64,000 bases of DNA from Macrostomum lignano (lineage: Eukaryota): contig NIVC01000592.1 in assembly GCA_002269645.1 (NCBI GenBank), forward strand, positions 457,213 to 521,212, given 5' to 3'. Positions 1-13,034 of this stretch are shown one piece after another. The notes beneath the pieces were generated by a model. The model searched no databases and was not told where the DNA came from. It was given only the letters and a program-made list of their open reading frames with translations. Both the position numbers and the translations under genes were made by a program. Numbering within the stretch: position 1 is the first letter of the stretch; each line of letters begins with the position of its first letter.

Positions 1-325
1 GCTGCTGTAACCCGATATGTAGCTGAAGCACGTATTGTTTCGAATTAGCATGCTGTATGTCGAGCAGTAGTCTGAGTAGTCCGAGTTTGTAGCGGCTGAA
101 AGTACAGATTAGAGACCTCAATTTTCTCTTCTTCCTTCGCTTTAAAAGTGCATTTTCTTGTGTGCCCATTGTGTGACTCAGACTTGAAAGCTAATTGCCT
201 AAAGAAAATCGGCTAGTACTGAAGTTTTTTAAATCAATCATTTCCGCTGCAAGCGACGATGCACCAACACCAGAATATTGAAAACCTGCTTGCCCCTTGC
301 TTCCATAATGAAGTTGCTGAAACTA

Positions 326-435
326 AGCACCTCGGGAGAATGATGGATCAACTGAGGTTGAGCACCTCGGGAGAATGATGGATCAACTGAGGTTGAGCAC
401 CTCGGGAGAATGATGGATCAACTGAGGTTGAGCAC
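326..435. repeat. 35-bp tandem repeat, about 3 copies
   Basis: Unit AGCACCTCGGGAGAATGATGGATCAACTGAGGTTG repeated three times. Confidence 0.95.
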
Positions 436-932
436 TTCAGCAGAATGAAGAAATAACTGATGAACCTCAAGAACATGAGTGAGCTTTGAGGAGAGCACCA
501 GAAGCTCCTGTCTTCGACGCGTCCCACAAACCCACAGGCGGAGTTCACTCGGTCGCAGAGGCTCCACATGCTGGCGTAGACATTCAGCAGGCAGAAGCCG
601 GTCGCGGTCCCATTGGCGGTGGAGTTGCCGGCGGGCAGCAGCACCAGCCCCGTCTGCTGTCCGGACTCAGAGAACAGCGGCCGGGGCTGCTGCCACTGGG
701 TCGAGCCCGCCGCGGCCAGAGTCCGGTTCACCTGTCCGAAGTCGAAAGTCACGGACTCCCAGTAGGCGGTGCAGACGCTCAGCGCCAGCAGCAGGCAGCT
801 GACGCCGCTGCAGCCAGCCGCGGCCACCGCCAGGCCGCAGACCTCGGCGCCGCCGCAGGCTCCAAAACTGGGCGTGGATTTTTTCCCCTTCCCGTCTTCT
901 CCGGTCCGTAGCCCAATCGCTGACGAAGTCAT
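348..932 (-). CDS. Claudin/PMP22-superfamily-like tetraspan membrane protein, probable first coding exon; 3' exon boundary uncertain
   Basis: TM1-like CLLLALSVCTAYW, then a loop ending ASMWSLCDRVNSAC (W..LW..C..C claudin-type signature), then hydrophobic LMFLRFISYFFILL. The ORF end runs into the 35-bp repeat, so the true donor site is unclear. Confidence 0.6.
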   Translation of the reverse strand: MTSSAIGLRTGEDGKGKKSTPSFGACGGAEVCGLAVAAAGCSGVSCLLLALSVCTAYWESVTFDFGQVNRTLAAAGSTQWQQPRPLFSESGQQTGLVLLPAGNSTANGTATGFCLLNVYASMWSLCDRVNSACGFVGRVEDRSFWCSPQSSLMFLRFISYFFILLKCSTSVDPSFSRGAQPQLIHHSPEVLNLS

Positions 933-2710
933 GCCGCTTGCAGAGGCTGCTCAGCTGTGTCTGATCTCTCGAACTGAAAGATGTCGGATGCTGGAGCAGT
1001 TTGAACCGGCTCGGCCGCTATACTGTCTATAGTGGCAGCGGTGGCAAGGCCTGCACGGAGCTCTGTAGCCGTCTGTTTTTAATGAGATTCCCTCTGCCCC
1101 TCATCTCAGTCCCCCAAATCCTCCAGCTCCCGCACCGTCCCGACCCTCCAATCCGGCGCCTGTGGGCTGCTCAACTCCCACCGGGATAGGCCACCGGCTG
1201 GAAGGGCAGGGAAGGCAGCCCCCGGTCAGCAGCCCTCTGCCCCGGTGCGCTGTTTATGCTCACTCGCTCCCTCTCGCCTCGCCCAACGCTGCCCCCCCCC
1301 CCCCAGCAGACGGTCTCTCCAGCCTCCATCTGCGTCCCCAATTGCTGTTTTTGTCATCAGCTCCACACTCTGCATTTCCTCTCGGCCTTTTCCTAACCAC
1401 TCCATTTTACCATTTCATCTCCGGCAGGCAGAGCAGCTCCCAGACCTCCATCAGTTGTGTTACCAGCGAGTTGCCTTGGCAACGGGGCTAAAATTACCCA
1501 CGCAACTCTTGCGTGTGTGCATACCATCGCTTTATTTGTGGTATAATATTGAATATTTTGGTTTGAGATGCGATGAGATTGATGAGATGTGACGAAATGA
1601 GACGCGATGAGTTGCATTAAGATGAGAGATTAGACGAAATTTAACTTTAAAAAGGTGAGCTTAGATAAGGACTTTCAGAGTGACAGGCAAGCGCATACTC
1701 CCATAGCTGTAGAGCAGTGCCTGAGCATTGCGTGGCCTGCTGCAAGTACAGCTCAGCTCAATAAGTGTTTTACCCGTCTCCCTCACCTCTCCAGTTCACA
1801 GGTCTGTAAATTCTCAAGCACCCCCTCTCTCTTCCGCACTGCACAGCTCTCAATAATTGTGAGCCAGCAAATCAAAGTGACTCAGCGCGAGACCACGGCC
1901 CGGTCTGAAACTACTGCAGACAGTTTGGCCTTGAAATTGGCCCACATCAGTCCGGCTCCGCTCAATGCATGGCTTTGGGAAGGCAAACATGCGTGCCCTC
2001 AGGGGGGGGGGGCGTTAGCTGCAGCCTGCGAGAGCTGAGCACGTGAAGCAGAAATAATCGATCCAGTTTTGGCCGCTTCGTGATTCAACTTTCTCTGAGC
2101 ATGCAGAGTGAGGGGGAGAGAGTAGAGCTGGGGGAGAGGAGTGGAAAAGTCTGCCTAGAGACTAATTGCATGGTTACCGCTCCCAGAGGAGTGCAGTACT
2201 GGAATTTCCCCCAGCCTGGTAACGCACTAATATGCGGCTAAAGCTTTACCGAATGCCCATAACTTCCCATTAGCTGCTATATGGTGAGAACTGTAATTAG
2301 TGCTTTTCATTTAATTAGGAGGCAAGCTGAGCAAAATTTAACAAACCTGATGCATTCTTCCTCCACCAATTATCATTTCAAAATCGCTCAAAATGCACGG
2401 GTTTAATTAAAATATGAATCGCGTATTAAATGCAGATGGAATGACGACTAATTGTGCGACTAATGAAGTCGGGTCTGCTCAGACTGGGACTGTGTATTTA
2501 AAAAAAATTAATAACAGAAATAGGCATTGAAAACACGGGGGGGCATTGCGTTCTACTTGAGAGTAGCATGAAAAGAACATTGTGAACCGGTGTACTGTGT
2601 GCATTGGTTGGGCGCTGCATGCTTTCGATTTCGACCGAATTCACAACGGGCAAAATGTTAATAGAGAATTTCAATTTCACCAACAAGTGGAGGCAGCAAA
2701 TATGAATTAT

Positions 2711-2711
<1 letters not shown>

Positions 2712-2746
<35 letters not shown>

Positions 2747-2776
2747 GTAATAACAATAATAATAATAGTAATAATA
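2712..2776. repeat. (AAT)n microsatellite
   Basis: Near-perfect AAT run; explains the poly-Tyr and poly-Ile ORFs. Confidence 0.97.
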
Positions 2777-3208
2777 CTGAATTGACTTCACAAAGTGCAC
2801 CAGGCTACTCTGGCATATATTCGTATGGGAAATATCCTATTTTAAGTACAACAAGCACTTCAAGCTTCATGCAGTGTTCCGGATAAAGAGTTGGGGTGCA
2901 ATTTGTGACGAGAAAATCACATCACACACTACTGGCCAATGCTTAGTACAAATAGTATGAGACGGTCATGAAAAAATCAACAACTTCTACTCAAAGGCTG
3001 ACAAGGCGAGTGAAGCGAATGAGTTTCAACCAACTGTATTCGAGATTCAGATAAAATCGCTGGCCGATATGTTTCGAAAGTATTGATAGTGAAGCTTTAC
3101 AAAAAGCCGACTCATACTACTGAACCAGATGAACAGTAGTAGAACGTAAATGATTGTCTATAAAATGTGCGCGAATTGTTGCGCAATCACCAATTGTTGG
3201 CGCCTCAT

Positions 3209-5862
3209 TCACTTGCGATTGGTGCGAAATTTCAGTGGCGGCGGCGGCGCGTTCAGGTTGATCTGCGGCAGGCGCATCAGCACCGCGGCCTCCTGGTCCT
3301 CGTATTTGCTGCAGCCGCCCACCAGCTTGTCCCACCAGGTCCTCTTCACGCAGACGGGCCTGGGCAGCAGGCCGAAACAGGGCATGCGCAGGCTGTAGAA
3401 GAAATAATACAGTACGCTCTTGGCCTGCGCGTCCTTGGAGGCTTGCAGACATTTCAGGAAGCTGAAGGACGTCACGAGGGAGGCGACGGCAAGGATGTCT
3501 TACAAATAGATGGACGGTAAACTGGCGTTTCTTAGAAAAGATTTGAAGGCTGACTGGGTAGTGTATTTCACGCTTAACCCAGTCACTCACAAATACAAAT
3601 CTTGTCAGCACAGAGATACGAGCTAGATAGTTGTAAACAGCTCTGCACTTGCTTCCAGCGCTATTTATAGTTTGCAGTTCAACAGACTGCATGCGATTAC
3701 TGAGCAATTTTGTGTCATTGTTAACCTGCTGGCGCCCTTGGTGCTGGCGCCCCTTGGTGCTGGCGCCCCTTGGTGCTGGCGCCCCTTGGTGCTGGCGCCC
3801 CTTGGTGCTGGCGCCCCTTGGTGCTGGCGCCCCTTGGTGCTGGCGCCCCTTGGTGCTGGCGCCCCTTGGTGCTGGCGCCCTTTAGTGCTGGCGCCCTTTA
3901 GTGCTGGCGCCCTTTAGTGCTGGCGCCCCTTAGTGCTGGCGCCCCTTGGTGCTGGCGCCCCTTGGTGCTGGCGCCCCTTGGTGCTGGCGCCCCTTGGTGC
4001 TGGCGCCCCTTGGTGCTGGCGCCCCTTGGTGCTGGCGCCCCTTGGTGCTGGCGCCCCTTGGTGCTGGCGCCCCTTGGTGCTGGCGCCCCTTGGTGCTGGC
4101 GCCCCTTGGTGCTGGCGCCCCTTGGTTCTGGCGCCCCTTGGTGCTGGCGTCCCTTGGTGCTGGCGCCCCTTGGTGCTGGCGCCCCTTGGTGCTTGCTCTA
4201 ATCCTCAATCAAAACCCCTGGCTACGCCCCTCCCTGACTGCAGACTTATGAAGCTAAATTGTGCGATAGGTAGACCATAGTTGACTAGTAACCCAGATTT
4301 GCAAGAGCTCACTCGGGTTAGCTCAAAGCTGAATAAATTTTCAGCAAGTGTAATCATTAGTCATGAAGCAAAGCAGCTCTTCAAATTATAATTGTTGTAT
4401 TTACAGAGTCCTAGCCAAAGGAACTCAGAAGCACTCACCTGTTATCGCACTCGCAGTGCGACAGCGTAAACAGGAAGGTATTTTTGAAATTGTATTTCAC
4501 CTCGCTAGGCCGAACGTACACGCCGCAGTAGTCGTGCTGGCGGCAGCATTTGTCAGTCTCGAATGCGCTGCCGAGGTCGCTGAAATTCCTCGCGATGTTG
4601 CCTGCGGGCAGCGGCAGCGGAAACTTCTATGCATGTACATTGTGCAAATCATTAAATAGCATTCCCAACCCCAGTTTTTCGAGCTATCTCTACATGGCAC
4701 GAAGTGTCAGTCTTGCTTGCTCTGTTTGCTGGCAAGCCTCAAAGCGCGGAGCAAAAAATCTTTCCTTGCCTCGTGTATTTAAACTCCCGCGTGTCTCGTC
4801 CCACTTGGCTGCTGACTAACAGCGAAGTCAATCGATTTCGGCTGTCTATGGCTAAGAATCTACGCTTTCGAGGGGGGGGCAGATTTTAACAGCGGGTTTT
4901 ATGCCCGAGAATTTTGATCTACCGTGCCAAGCTTGGCCATAGATAAAAGAATTGAAAGTGGGCAAAGCAGGTATTTAGTACCTGTTAAGGTAAAGGAGAC
5001 CAATCTTCATTCTACAAAAAGAGCGAAGTTTGTGTGAATGAGCAGGCAGACTTGGCCTTCACTTTTAAAATGTTTATAGCCTGGCATTAGTCAAGTTCAA
5101 GTTAATGACTTGAAAACAGCCAACAAGCCGGTCTGAGGGATCCCACCGTAAACATAAAATGAGTTAATCCGACCCTGCCATGCAGTAAATTGGAATACAA
5201 ATAAGAACACGTAGCAAAGCGTGGGGGCGTGACAATAAAACTGACGGGCAGGCAGGCATGGGGTGGGTGCGTTTTCCCTTGAGCGTACTCGCCCCCAGTC
5301 GCCTCAGCCCAGATTTTAAGTGCGCCTGCACTTTATAAACCGAGAGTGTACGCCCGCTGACGCACCGGCTCATGTGATCGCACTTAGTCTGAACCTTGCG
5401 AGTTAAATTTAGAAACAGGATACTCCATTGTACGGTGTACGCTGCCACTGACTTTGAGCTATAAAAACAGTGTCAGTCAGTTAAGTGCTAAAACTTCCCA
5501 TGACGTAGGTGGGTCGATCCAGAAAGCCAGACGATTGTAAAAAAACATTCTTAAAACTGGAATCTCGCGTGTTGAAAATCTGAGAGGGAGGGAGTTAAGT
5601 GAGGAATTGGGGACAGGCAGCACTCACCCGCTCCGCACCACTTGGTGCCGCTGTGAATAGGAAATCTCGGCCCGGAGCCGCCAAACTTCACCTTCTTGCC
5701 CTCGTAGTCGTGGAATTTCCCGTCTTCCGGTAGGGGATTATCCGACAACCCGTTCTGCTGCTCACTGAAGCTTTCTGTAGGCAATAGCAAACATAGCAGC
5801 AGTAGAAACAATAGTTGACAATTGCTAGAGCCAGACTGAGCCGACCGATGCGATGCCGGCAT
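3209..5862 (-). CDS. Secreted phospholipase A2, group III (bee-venom type), intact, 3 exons, 216 aa (copy A)
   Basis: Exons 5862-5628, 4601-4439 and 3461-3209 with GT-AG ends and matching phases (1, 2). Signal peptide LLFLLLLCLLLPTESF, Ca-loop IHSGTKWCGAGNIA, catalytic DKCCRQHDYC, then TLSHCECDNSFLKCL and YFFYSLRMPCF. Confidence 0.92.
3728..4193. repeat. 16-bp GC-rich minisatellite in intron 2 of PLA2 copy A
   Basis: Unit TGGTGCTGGCGCCCCT, roughly 29 copies. Confidence 0.95.
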
Positions 5863-6837
5863 TGTTGCAAGTTCAGATAAGAAGCTCTTGATTAAATAGA
5901 TAGTGTAGTATTCAGTTTAGTGTCACTTTGAAAAGGTTACGCCGTGGGCCCTCCTATCGTTTTTATAGGCTAAGGGAGGAGGGGTGGTGGGGCGGAGGAG
6001 GAGTGGGGGCCACAGGGGCCAACCGGGTGCTTCTCCCCTGCCCCCAGCCAGATTTCAGTATTCTGAATCATATTGCCGGCCGCCATTAATTTGTAGAGGC
6101 TGTCTGCAAAGTTTCACCGATTTCGTTTTTATCTGTAGATGTTGGTGCGCTTGAACTGCTGGCGTGGCCGCTAACTAAGGGAATGATGCGGAGCTGTCAG
6201 TCAGTTAAACACTCAGGCATTTCGTGAGCTGTCCATCAAACTTAGTGAAGTAAAAGAGATTTAGTGGATTGTTAAGTGTGTGGGCGCTAAAAATATTATC
6301 CTTTTGGAATCCGTCAGAAATCAGAATTAACGAGAAAATTCCCCATTTACACCTGGAACAATCAAACTAATTGCTCCTACAATCAGCTTAATCAATGATT
6401 CCAATTACGGGCATTCCAATGAGCCTCATGTGGTTCAGATTTAAAGATTGGCTCTATTTGATAAAGGCATTCCATGTGCTGTCTTACGTTGGGTTTTATA
6501 CTATGAAATGCCAATTCACGATCTGCTTGAAATACCAAGCATTCCAAATGCGGATTGATGAAGAAAAGTGCAAAATGCAATCTGCTTTTGCAACTAATTG
6601 CTTCTTTTCTAGTTTAAATATTGAATAGATGTTTTGTAAATTATCATTATATTTGTAGCTGAACCTCTGCCTACACTTATTTTACTAATATTTGCCATAT
6701 TCATATCATGAACTCATTGTCAGCAGCTCAGTTTATTTGTATATGAGTCCCCACTCGTTGTCAGGCAGATCTTCCAGCTGGTCCATTAATGTGAGTCGGC
6801 AGAGCTGGATCCGGGAGGCCAAGGAAATTATTTGGCA

Positions 6838-7316
6838 GTCGAGAGAGGGGGTGGCTGGCCACAGAGTGAGCGGAGAGAGGGGGCGGCTGGCCACAGAGTG
6901 AGCGGAGAGAGGGGGTGGCTGGCCGCAGTGAGCGGAGAGAGGGGGGGCGGCTGGCCGCAGTGAGCGGAGAGAGGGGGGTGGCTGGCCGCAGTGAGCGGAG
7001 AGAGGGGGGGCGGCTGGCCGCAGTGAGCGGAGAGAGGGGGTGGCTGGCCACAGAGTGAACGGAGAGAGGTGATGGCTGGCCACAGAGTGAACGGAGAGAG
7101 GTGATGGCTGGCCACAGAGTGAACGGAGAGAGGTGATGGCTGGCCACAGAGTGAACGGAGAGAGGGGGCGGCTGGCCACAGAGTGAACGGAGAGAGGTGA
7201 TGGCTGGCCACAGAGTGAACGGAGAGAGGGGGTGGCTGGCCACAGAGTGAACGGAGAGAGGTGATGGCTGGCCACAGAGTGAACGGAGAGAGGGGGCGGC
7301 TGGCCACAGAGTGAGT
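6838..7316. repeat. 32-bp minisatellite with variant units
   Basis: Unit GGCTGGCCACAGAGTGAACGGAGAGAGGTGAT and shorter variants; begins within the exon-2 remnant of PLA2 copy B. Confidence 0.93.
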
Positions 7317-8092
<776 letters not shown>

Positions 8093-8411
8093 CACAGGCT
8101 TCGTTATCGAAGGAATCGGCAATCGATGTAAAGCTACTGAGGTCCGATTGATCGGTAGCGCAAGCATTAGCGTGAGCTATACTTGTATTGACGAGTGCCA
8201 GCTATATCAGGTTAACAGAAAAACTGTAGCAGTTATTGGTTTTCTCGATAATTTGCTAAATAATTTTCCGCTGAAAATCGATGGCCTTAGGAAGGAAATT
8301 GGAAATGAAATTAGGAACAGGAAATTGCCTTACTTTGTTTTTAACAAAATGGACGACTATTATAATTAATTTTGGACTTCTTTTTATTTTATTCCCACGG
8401 TCCTCACGGTC

Positions 8412-9232
8412 TCCCTCCTCCCCTGCCTCCTCCGCTGCCTCTACTGCCTCCTCCGCTGCCTCTACTGCCTCCTCCGCTGCCTCTACTGCCTCCTCCGCTG
8501 CCTCTACTGCCTCCTCCTCTGCCTCTACTGCCTCCTCCGCTGCCTCTACTGCCTCCTCCGCTGCCTCTACTGCCTCCTCCTCTGCCTCTACTGCCTCCTC
8601 CGCTGCCTCTACTGCCTCCTCCGCTGCCTCTACTGCCTCCTCCTCTGCCTCTACTGCCTCCTCCGCTGCCTCTACTGCCTCCTCCTCTGCCTCCTCCCCT
8701 GCCTCCTCCGCTGCCTCTACTGCCTCCTCCCCTGCCTCCTCCGCTGCCTCCTCCGCTGCCTCCTCCGCTGCCTCTACTGCCTCCTCCGCTGCCTCTACTG
8801 CCTCCTCCTCTGCCTCTACTGCCTCCTCCGCTGCCTCTACTGCCTCCTCCGCTGCCTCTACTGCCTCCTCCGCTGCCTCCTCCGCTGCCTCTACTGCCTC
8901 CTCCACTGCCTCTACTGCCTCCTCCGCTGCCTCTACTGCCTCATCCGCTGCCTCTACTGCCTCATCCGCTGCCTCTACTGCCTCCTCCGCTGCCTCTACT
9001 GCCTCATCCGCTGCCTCCTCCGCTGCCTCTACTGCCTCCTCCCCTGCCTCCTCCGCTGCCTCCTCCGCTGCCTCTACTGCCTCCTCCGCTGCCTCTACTG
9101 CCTCCTCCGCTGCCTCTACTGCCTCATCCGCTGCCTCCTCCGCTGCCTCCTCCACTGCCTCCCCCGCTGCCTCCTCCACTGCCTCCTCCGCTGCCTCTAC
9201 TGCCTCCTCCGCTGCCTCCTCCGCTGCCACTG
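8412..9232. repeat. Triplet-based low-complexity array (GCC/TCC/TCT/ACT/GCT)
   Basis: Mosaic of GCCTCCTCCGCT and GCCTCTACT units; open in several frames. Confidence 0.93.
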
Positions 9233-9613
9233 CCACAAAGTCACAAGAAACAGCAACAATGTGTTTTTCTTTTTATTTCCATCACTCATCAGATGGTACT
9301 CATAGTAATTAGCGCAGGCTGACAAAGTTGCGCTTGTTCTTCGGCTGGTTTTTGAGCAGCTGATCAATCGGTATCGTCTGCGGTAGCTGCATGAGCTGCT
9401 CGGTTGGCTGGTCCTCGAACTTGGCGCAGCTGCCAGAGATGAACCGCCGCATGCAGACCTGCCGCTGCACCAGAGCAAAGCAGGGCACCCGCAGCGTCAC
9501 CCACAAGTAGCGGTACATACTGTCTGCTTGGGAATCCTTTGACGCCTTCAGGTACCGCAGGAAACTGTCGGTGAGGGAGAGCGCGATATCTTTTACTGGA
9601 TCTAGGTGAGATT

Positions 9614-9867
9614 TCTTCAGTAGGATCAAATCCCAATGGGATGTCTCCAGTAGGATCAGATCCCAGTGGGATGTCTTGAGTAGGATCAGATCCCAGTGGG
9701 ATGTCTCCAGTAGGATCAGATCCCATTGGGATGTCTTCAGTAGGATCAGATCCCATTGGGATGTCTTCAGTAGGATCAGATCCCATTGGAATGTCTTCAG
9801 TTAGGATCAGATCCCATTGGGATGTCTTCAGTGGGATGTCCCCAGTCAGATCAGATCCCAGTGGGAT
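9614..9867. repeat. 30-bp minisatellite in intron 2 of PLA2 copy C
   Basis: Unit AGTAGGATCAGATCCCAGTGGGATGTCTTC, about 8 copies, with an internal inverted repeat ATCCCA-G-TGGGAT. Confidence 0.93.
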
Positions 9868-10215
9868 GTTTCAGAGAGCAGGTTTTCAAATGCAATCTAA
9901 GGCACTAAGGAACTCTAATTTAATGCACTACATGTATCCAGAACATCTCACACATTGTCGCACCCGCAGCGTGACAGGGTGAACCAAAAGTGATTGTAAA
10001 ATTTGTACTTAGTCTCGTGGCTGTGGATCTGCACTGAGCAGTAGTCGTGCTCAGGTTGTCAAAAAACTCCTATATTACTTGAAATATAGCAACATATTTC
10101 ATACTACAATATACTTCAGCAATATTTCCTGAAATATGAAGACTTGTCACGTGGGGTTGAACTTCAGGGCACCTCTTGTTCCTTATTGAGGCTCTCTTAC
10201 TGAATACCCCTACTC

Positions 10216-10695
10216 GCTATGAGGCTCTAGTGTGCACCCCTGCCCGCTATGAGGCTCTAGTGTGCACCCCTGCCCGCTATGAGGCTCTAGTGTGCACCCC
10301 TGCCCGCTATGAGGCTCTAGTGTGCACCCCTGCCCGCTATGAGGCTCTAGTGTGCACCCCTGCCCGCTATGAGGCTCTAGTGTGCACCCCTGCCCGCTAT
10401 GAGGCTCTAGTGTGCACCCCTGCCCGCTATGAGGCTCTAGTGTGCACCCCTGCCCGCTATGAGGCTCTAGTGTGCACCCCTGCCCGCTATGAGGCTCTAG
10501 TGTGCACCCCTGCCCGCTATGAGGCTCTAGTGTGCACCCCTGCCCGCTATGAGGCTCTAGTGTGCACCCCTGCCCGCTATGAGGCTCTAGTGTGCACCCC
10601 TGCCCGCTATGAGGCTCTAGTGTGCACCCCTGCCGGCTATGAGGCTCTAGTGTGCACCCCTGCCCGCTATGAGGCTCTAGTGTGCACCCCTGCCA
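10216..10695. repeat. 30-bp minisatellite in intron 1 of PLA2 copy C
   Basis: Unit GCTATGAGGCTCTAGTGTGCACCCCTGCCC, 16 nearly identical copies. Confidence 0.97.
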
Positions 10696-11529
10696 TCACG
10701 GTACTTCAAAGTGCCGAGTTTCTCACCCGCCCCGCACCACTTGGTGCCGCTGTGGATGAACAGGCTGGCATCCTTCGCCCCGGAGGCCATGCAGCGGCAT
10801 GGATTAGTTATAGTAAATGATTCAATTGGTGGTGCCACTGCTATCAAGCAGGGCCTCAGTTCCACCAGCCGATCCTGCAACTACGAGCCGTAAAATGCCA
10901 TTATTAATTCAAGAACCATCAGCTTTGTTAAAAAATCTACAGAGTCAAAATTTTACCCGGATGACAAAATGGCTTTTCGGAGTGGTTCAAATGATGATTA
11001 TTATGTTCCAATTTTACGTTAATCTTCTATAACGGAGTATCGGAGTATGGAGTAATTTTGCAGATACTTTGTCTTGAAAAGCGATTAGTTAGAGAAATAT
11101 TAAAAAGCAAGGATTATTTTTTCAAGCAAGTCTGCTTCATATGTTTTCACCTCAATTTGTTAGTCAGCTTAAAGCGATTACGAATTTAATATATTTTGTT
11201 ATTGCAATTTTTAACACAATTTTGAGACATTCATTCATCGATGATGCGAAAACTGTGTGGCTTGTTTGCTCAGTTCACTCACAAGAGCCAAGACTACTGT
11301 GAGTAGTCTAGTGCCTGAATTCTTCACTTATTAGTATACATTGCGGAAAGCTTGCTGTGGGTAAATGCGAGCGAAATCCTCCGTCTGCATCTGTTGCCAA
11401 GGAGCTCAGCTCGGGTCTCTCGGGAGCCTGTATAGGGGAATGAAAACTGCTTCTCGAATCCAGGTGCTAATGCCAGTGAACAAGCCTATGCTGATTATCA
11501 GGTGACAAAACCAGACTGGAGCTGGCAGT

Positions 11530-13034
11530 TCAGCTAATGGCGCAGGTCGAACCCCCGCTGCCGCCGCCGCTGCCGCCTCCGGAGCCGTGGCCGAGCACCT
11601 GCAGCTGGTACACCAGGCCGTTCTTGGCCAGGTACACAGTGCCGCTCCGCTCCCTGTCCGAGCACAGAGCGGTGACGCCCTCGTTGTCCTTGTGGCAGAC
11701 CCGCTGGCACTCGGGCACCCAGCCCTGGCTGGAGGCCCCGGGCACCCGCCGGGTCCAGTACAGCACGTACAGCGAGCCCTCCTGGCTGGCCGCGTTCACC
11801 GTCAGCAGGCGGCCCTCGCTCAGGCCGAGCAGCTGGCTGGGCATCAGGCGTTCGAACCGCCAGGCGGACGGCTTCAGCCAGGAGTTCACCTCGCCAATTC
11901 CTTTGGGATCGTGGGAGCGCATGGAGAGCAGGAAGCCGCCGTTGCCGCCCCACTGGCCGGAGACCCACGTCTCGTTTGAGTCCCAACAGCACGAGATCTG
12001 CGGTTGGTTTAACGGGTTAGTACAGGGATAAGTTGCCTCGTCCTGCATCAGGGACATTCTCAAAATACTACAGAGCTGCTTCTCGGACTCGGATAGAGTG
12101 AGGGAGCATCGGATCTCAAACGTTTATCAAAGGTTGCATTTTAAAGCAAATGCGATCAAGCCCTTAGAAATATGAATGACTGACCCTTGAAGTCCTCAAA
12201 CCCGCTCACCTGTTTAGGAATCTTGTCCCAATCGATGTCCAGGTGGAACAGATGCTTCAAATCGCTGCTGAGCTTCACAATCCGACTGATGGCCTTGCGC
12301 TGGCCGCAGTAGCACAGGAAGATGCCGCCAGACTGGTCGAAGTCGAAGCCGCTCACGTGACCGTCATTGTAGACCTTGTAGCTGAGCAGCTGGCCCATGG
12401 AGTTGGTCATGACCAGGCAGCCAGCGGTGAGCTCAGAGGCCTCGAGCACCAGGTTGCCGGAGGCGTACATCAGGTCGCGGGTCTGCAGGCGCACGCAGCT
12501 GATCCGGAAGTCGCTGTAGCCGCTCGGCAGCACCCGGAAGCTGCGTCGACAGCGCAGCCGGCCGGCGCCACCGCCGCCGCCAGACGAAGAGAAGGAGGCT
12601 GAGGATGACGCAGAGGCGGCGGTTGAGGCGGAGTTGAGCAGTTCGAACAGGTACACGAAGTAGCCATCCGTCACAGCGAGGCAGTCGTCCTTGGCGGCCA
12701 TGCTCACCACCGGGGAGCGCACAATTGGTGCCAGGTCGCTGAGCACGGTGAGCTGCACGGGCAGGCAGAGGCTCTCGTCGAAAACGAATCGCGGCTCGTC
12801 TTTGACGTCGCAGAAGCTGAAGCCGTCGCTGCAGAGCTGCATCATCAGCTGGCTGCGCTCGTCCTGCTGGTCCTGCAGCTCCTGCAGCCTCTGCTCACTG
12901 ATGTCGTCTTCGTCCTCGACACACGGCGGCGCTGCAGCTCCATCGTCATAGTCGAATCCGCTGCAGCCGCCTACGTCGCGAGAGAGTCCCAGCAGGTCGG
13001 CGCCCGCGTACGGGCAGCGGCGCGACTCTGGAAG
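11530..13034 (-). CDS. Uncharacterised protein, last two exons; acidic/coiled segment followed by a probable beta-propeller (NHL/WD-like); 5' exons not identified
   Basis: Exon 13034-12210 (acceptor CTCGCAG, donor CAG/GTGAGC) joins in phase 0 to exon 12042-11530. Long stop-free GC-rich frames with beta-strand-like patterns (DCLAVTDGYFVYLF, SGFDFDQSGGIFLC, VTALCSDRERSGTVYLA). The fold is an inference. Confidence 0.72.

Larger units (their letters stand above)
9309..10901 (-). pseudogene. Group III PLA2 paralogue, probably disabled (copy C)
   Basis: Exon 1 ends FIHSGTKWCGAG at donor 10727. An ATG at 10901 is followed in frame by TAG at 10883-10881. Exon 2 (10128-9952) starts GNIAE, but the DxCCR segment is replaced by 65 nt of AT-rich sequence before HDYC...TLSRCGCDN. 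Exon 3 (9564-9309) reads FLRYLKASKDSQADSMYRYLWVTLRVPCF. Confidence 0.78.

Noticed and set aside
3649-4280. GAGAPWCWRPLVLAPL ORFs
   Set aside because: 16-bp minisatellite in a PLA2 intron.
6392-6660. Possible exon 3 of PLA2 copy B (FFINPHLECLVF resembles YFFYSLRMPCF)
   Set aside because: Similarity too weak, no in-frame acceptor, AT-rich composition unlike the other exons.
8256-9322. Three 316-343-aa ORFs (Ala/Glu, Ser/Ala and Pro/Leu rich)
   Set aside because: All arise from one triplet-based repeat lacking stop codons; no splice or domain context supports coding.
10176-10820. 214-aa ORF of (PARYEALVCT)n
   Set aside because: Antisense read-through of a 30-bp intronic minisatellite.
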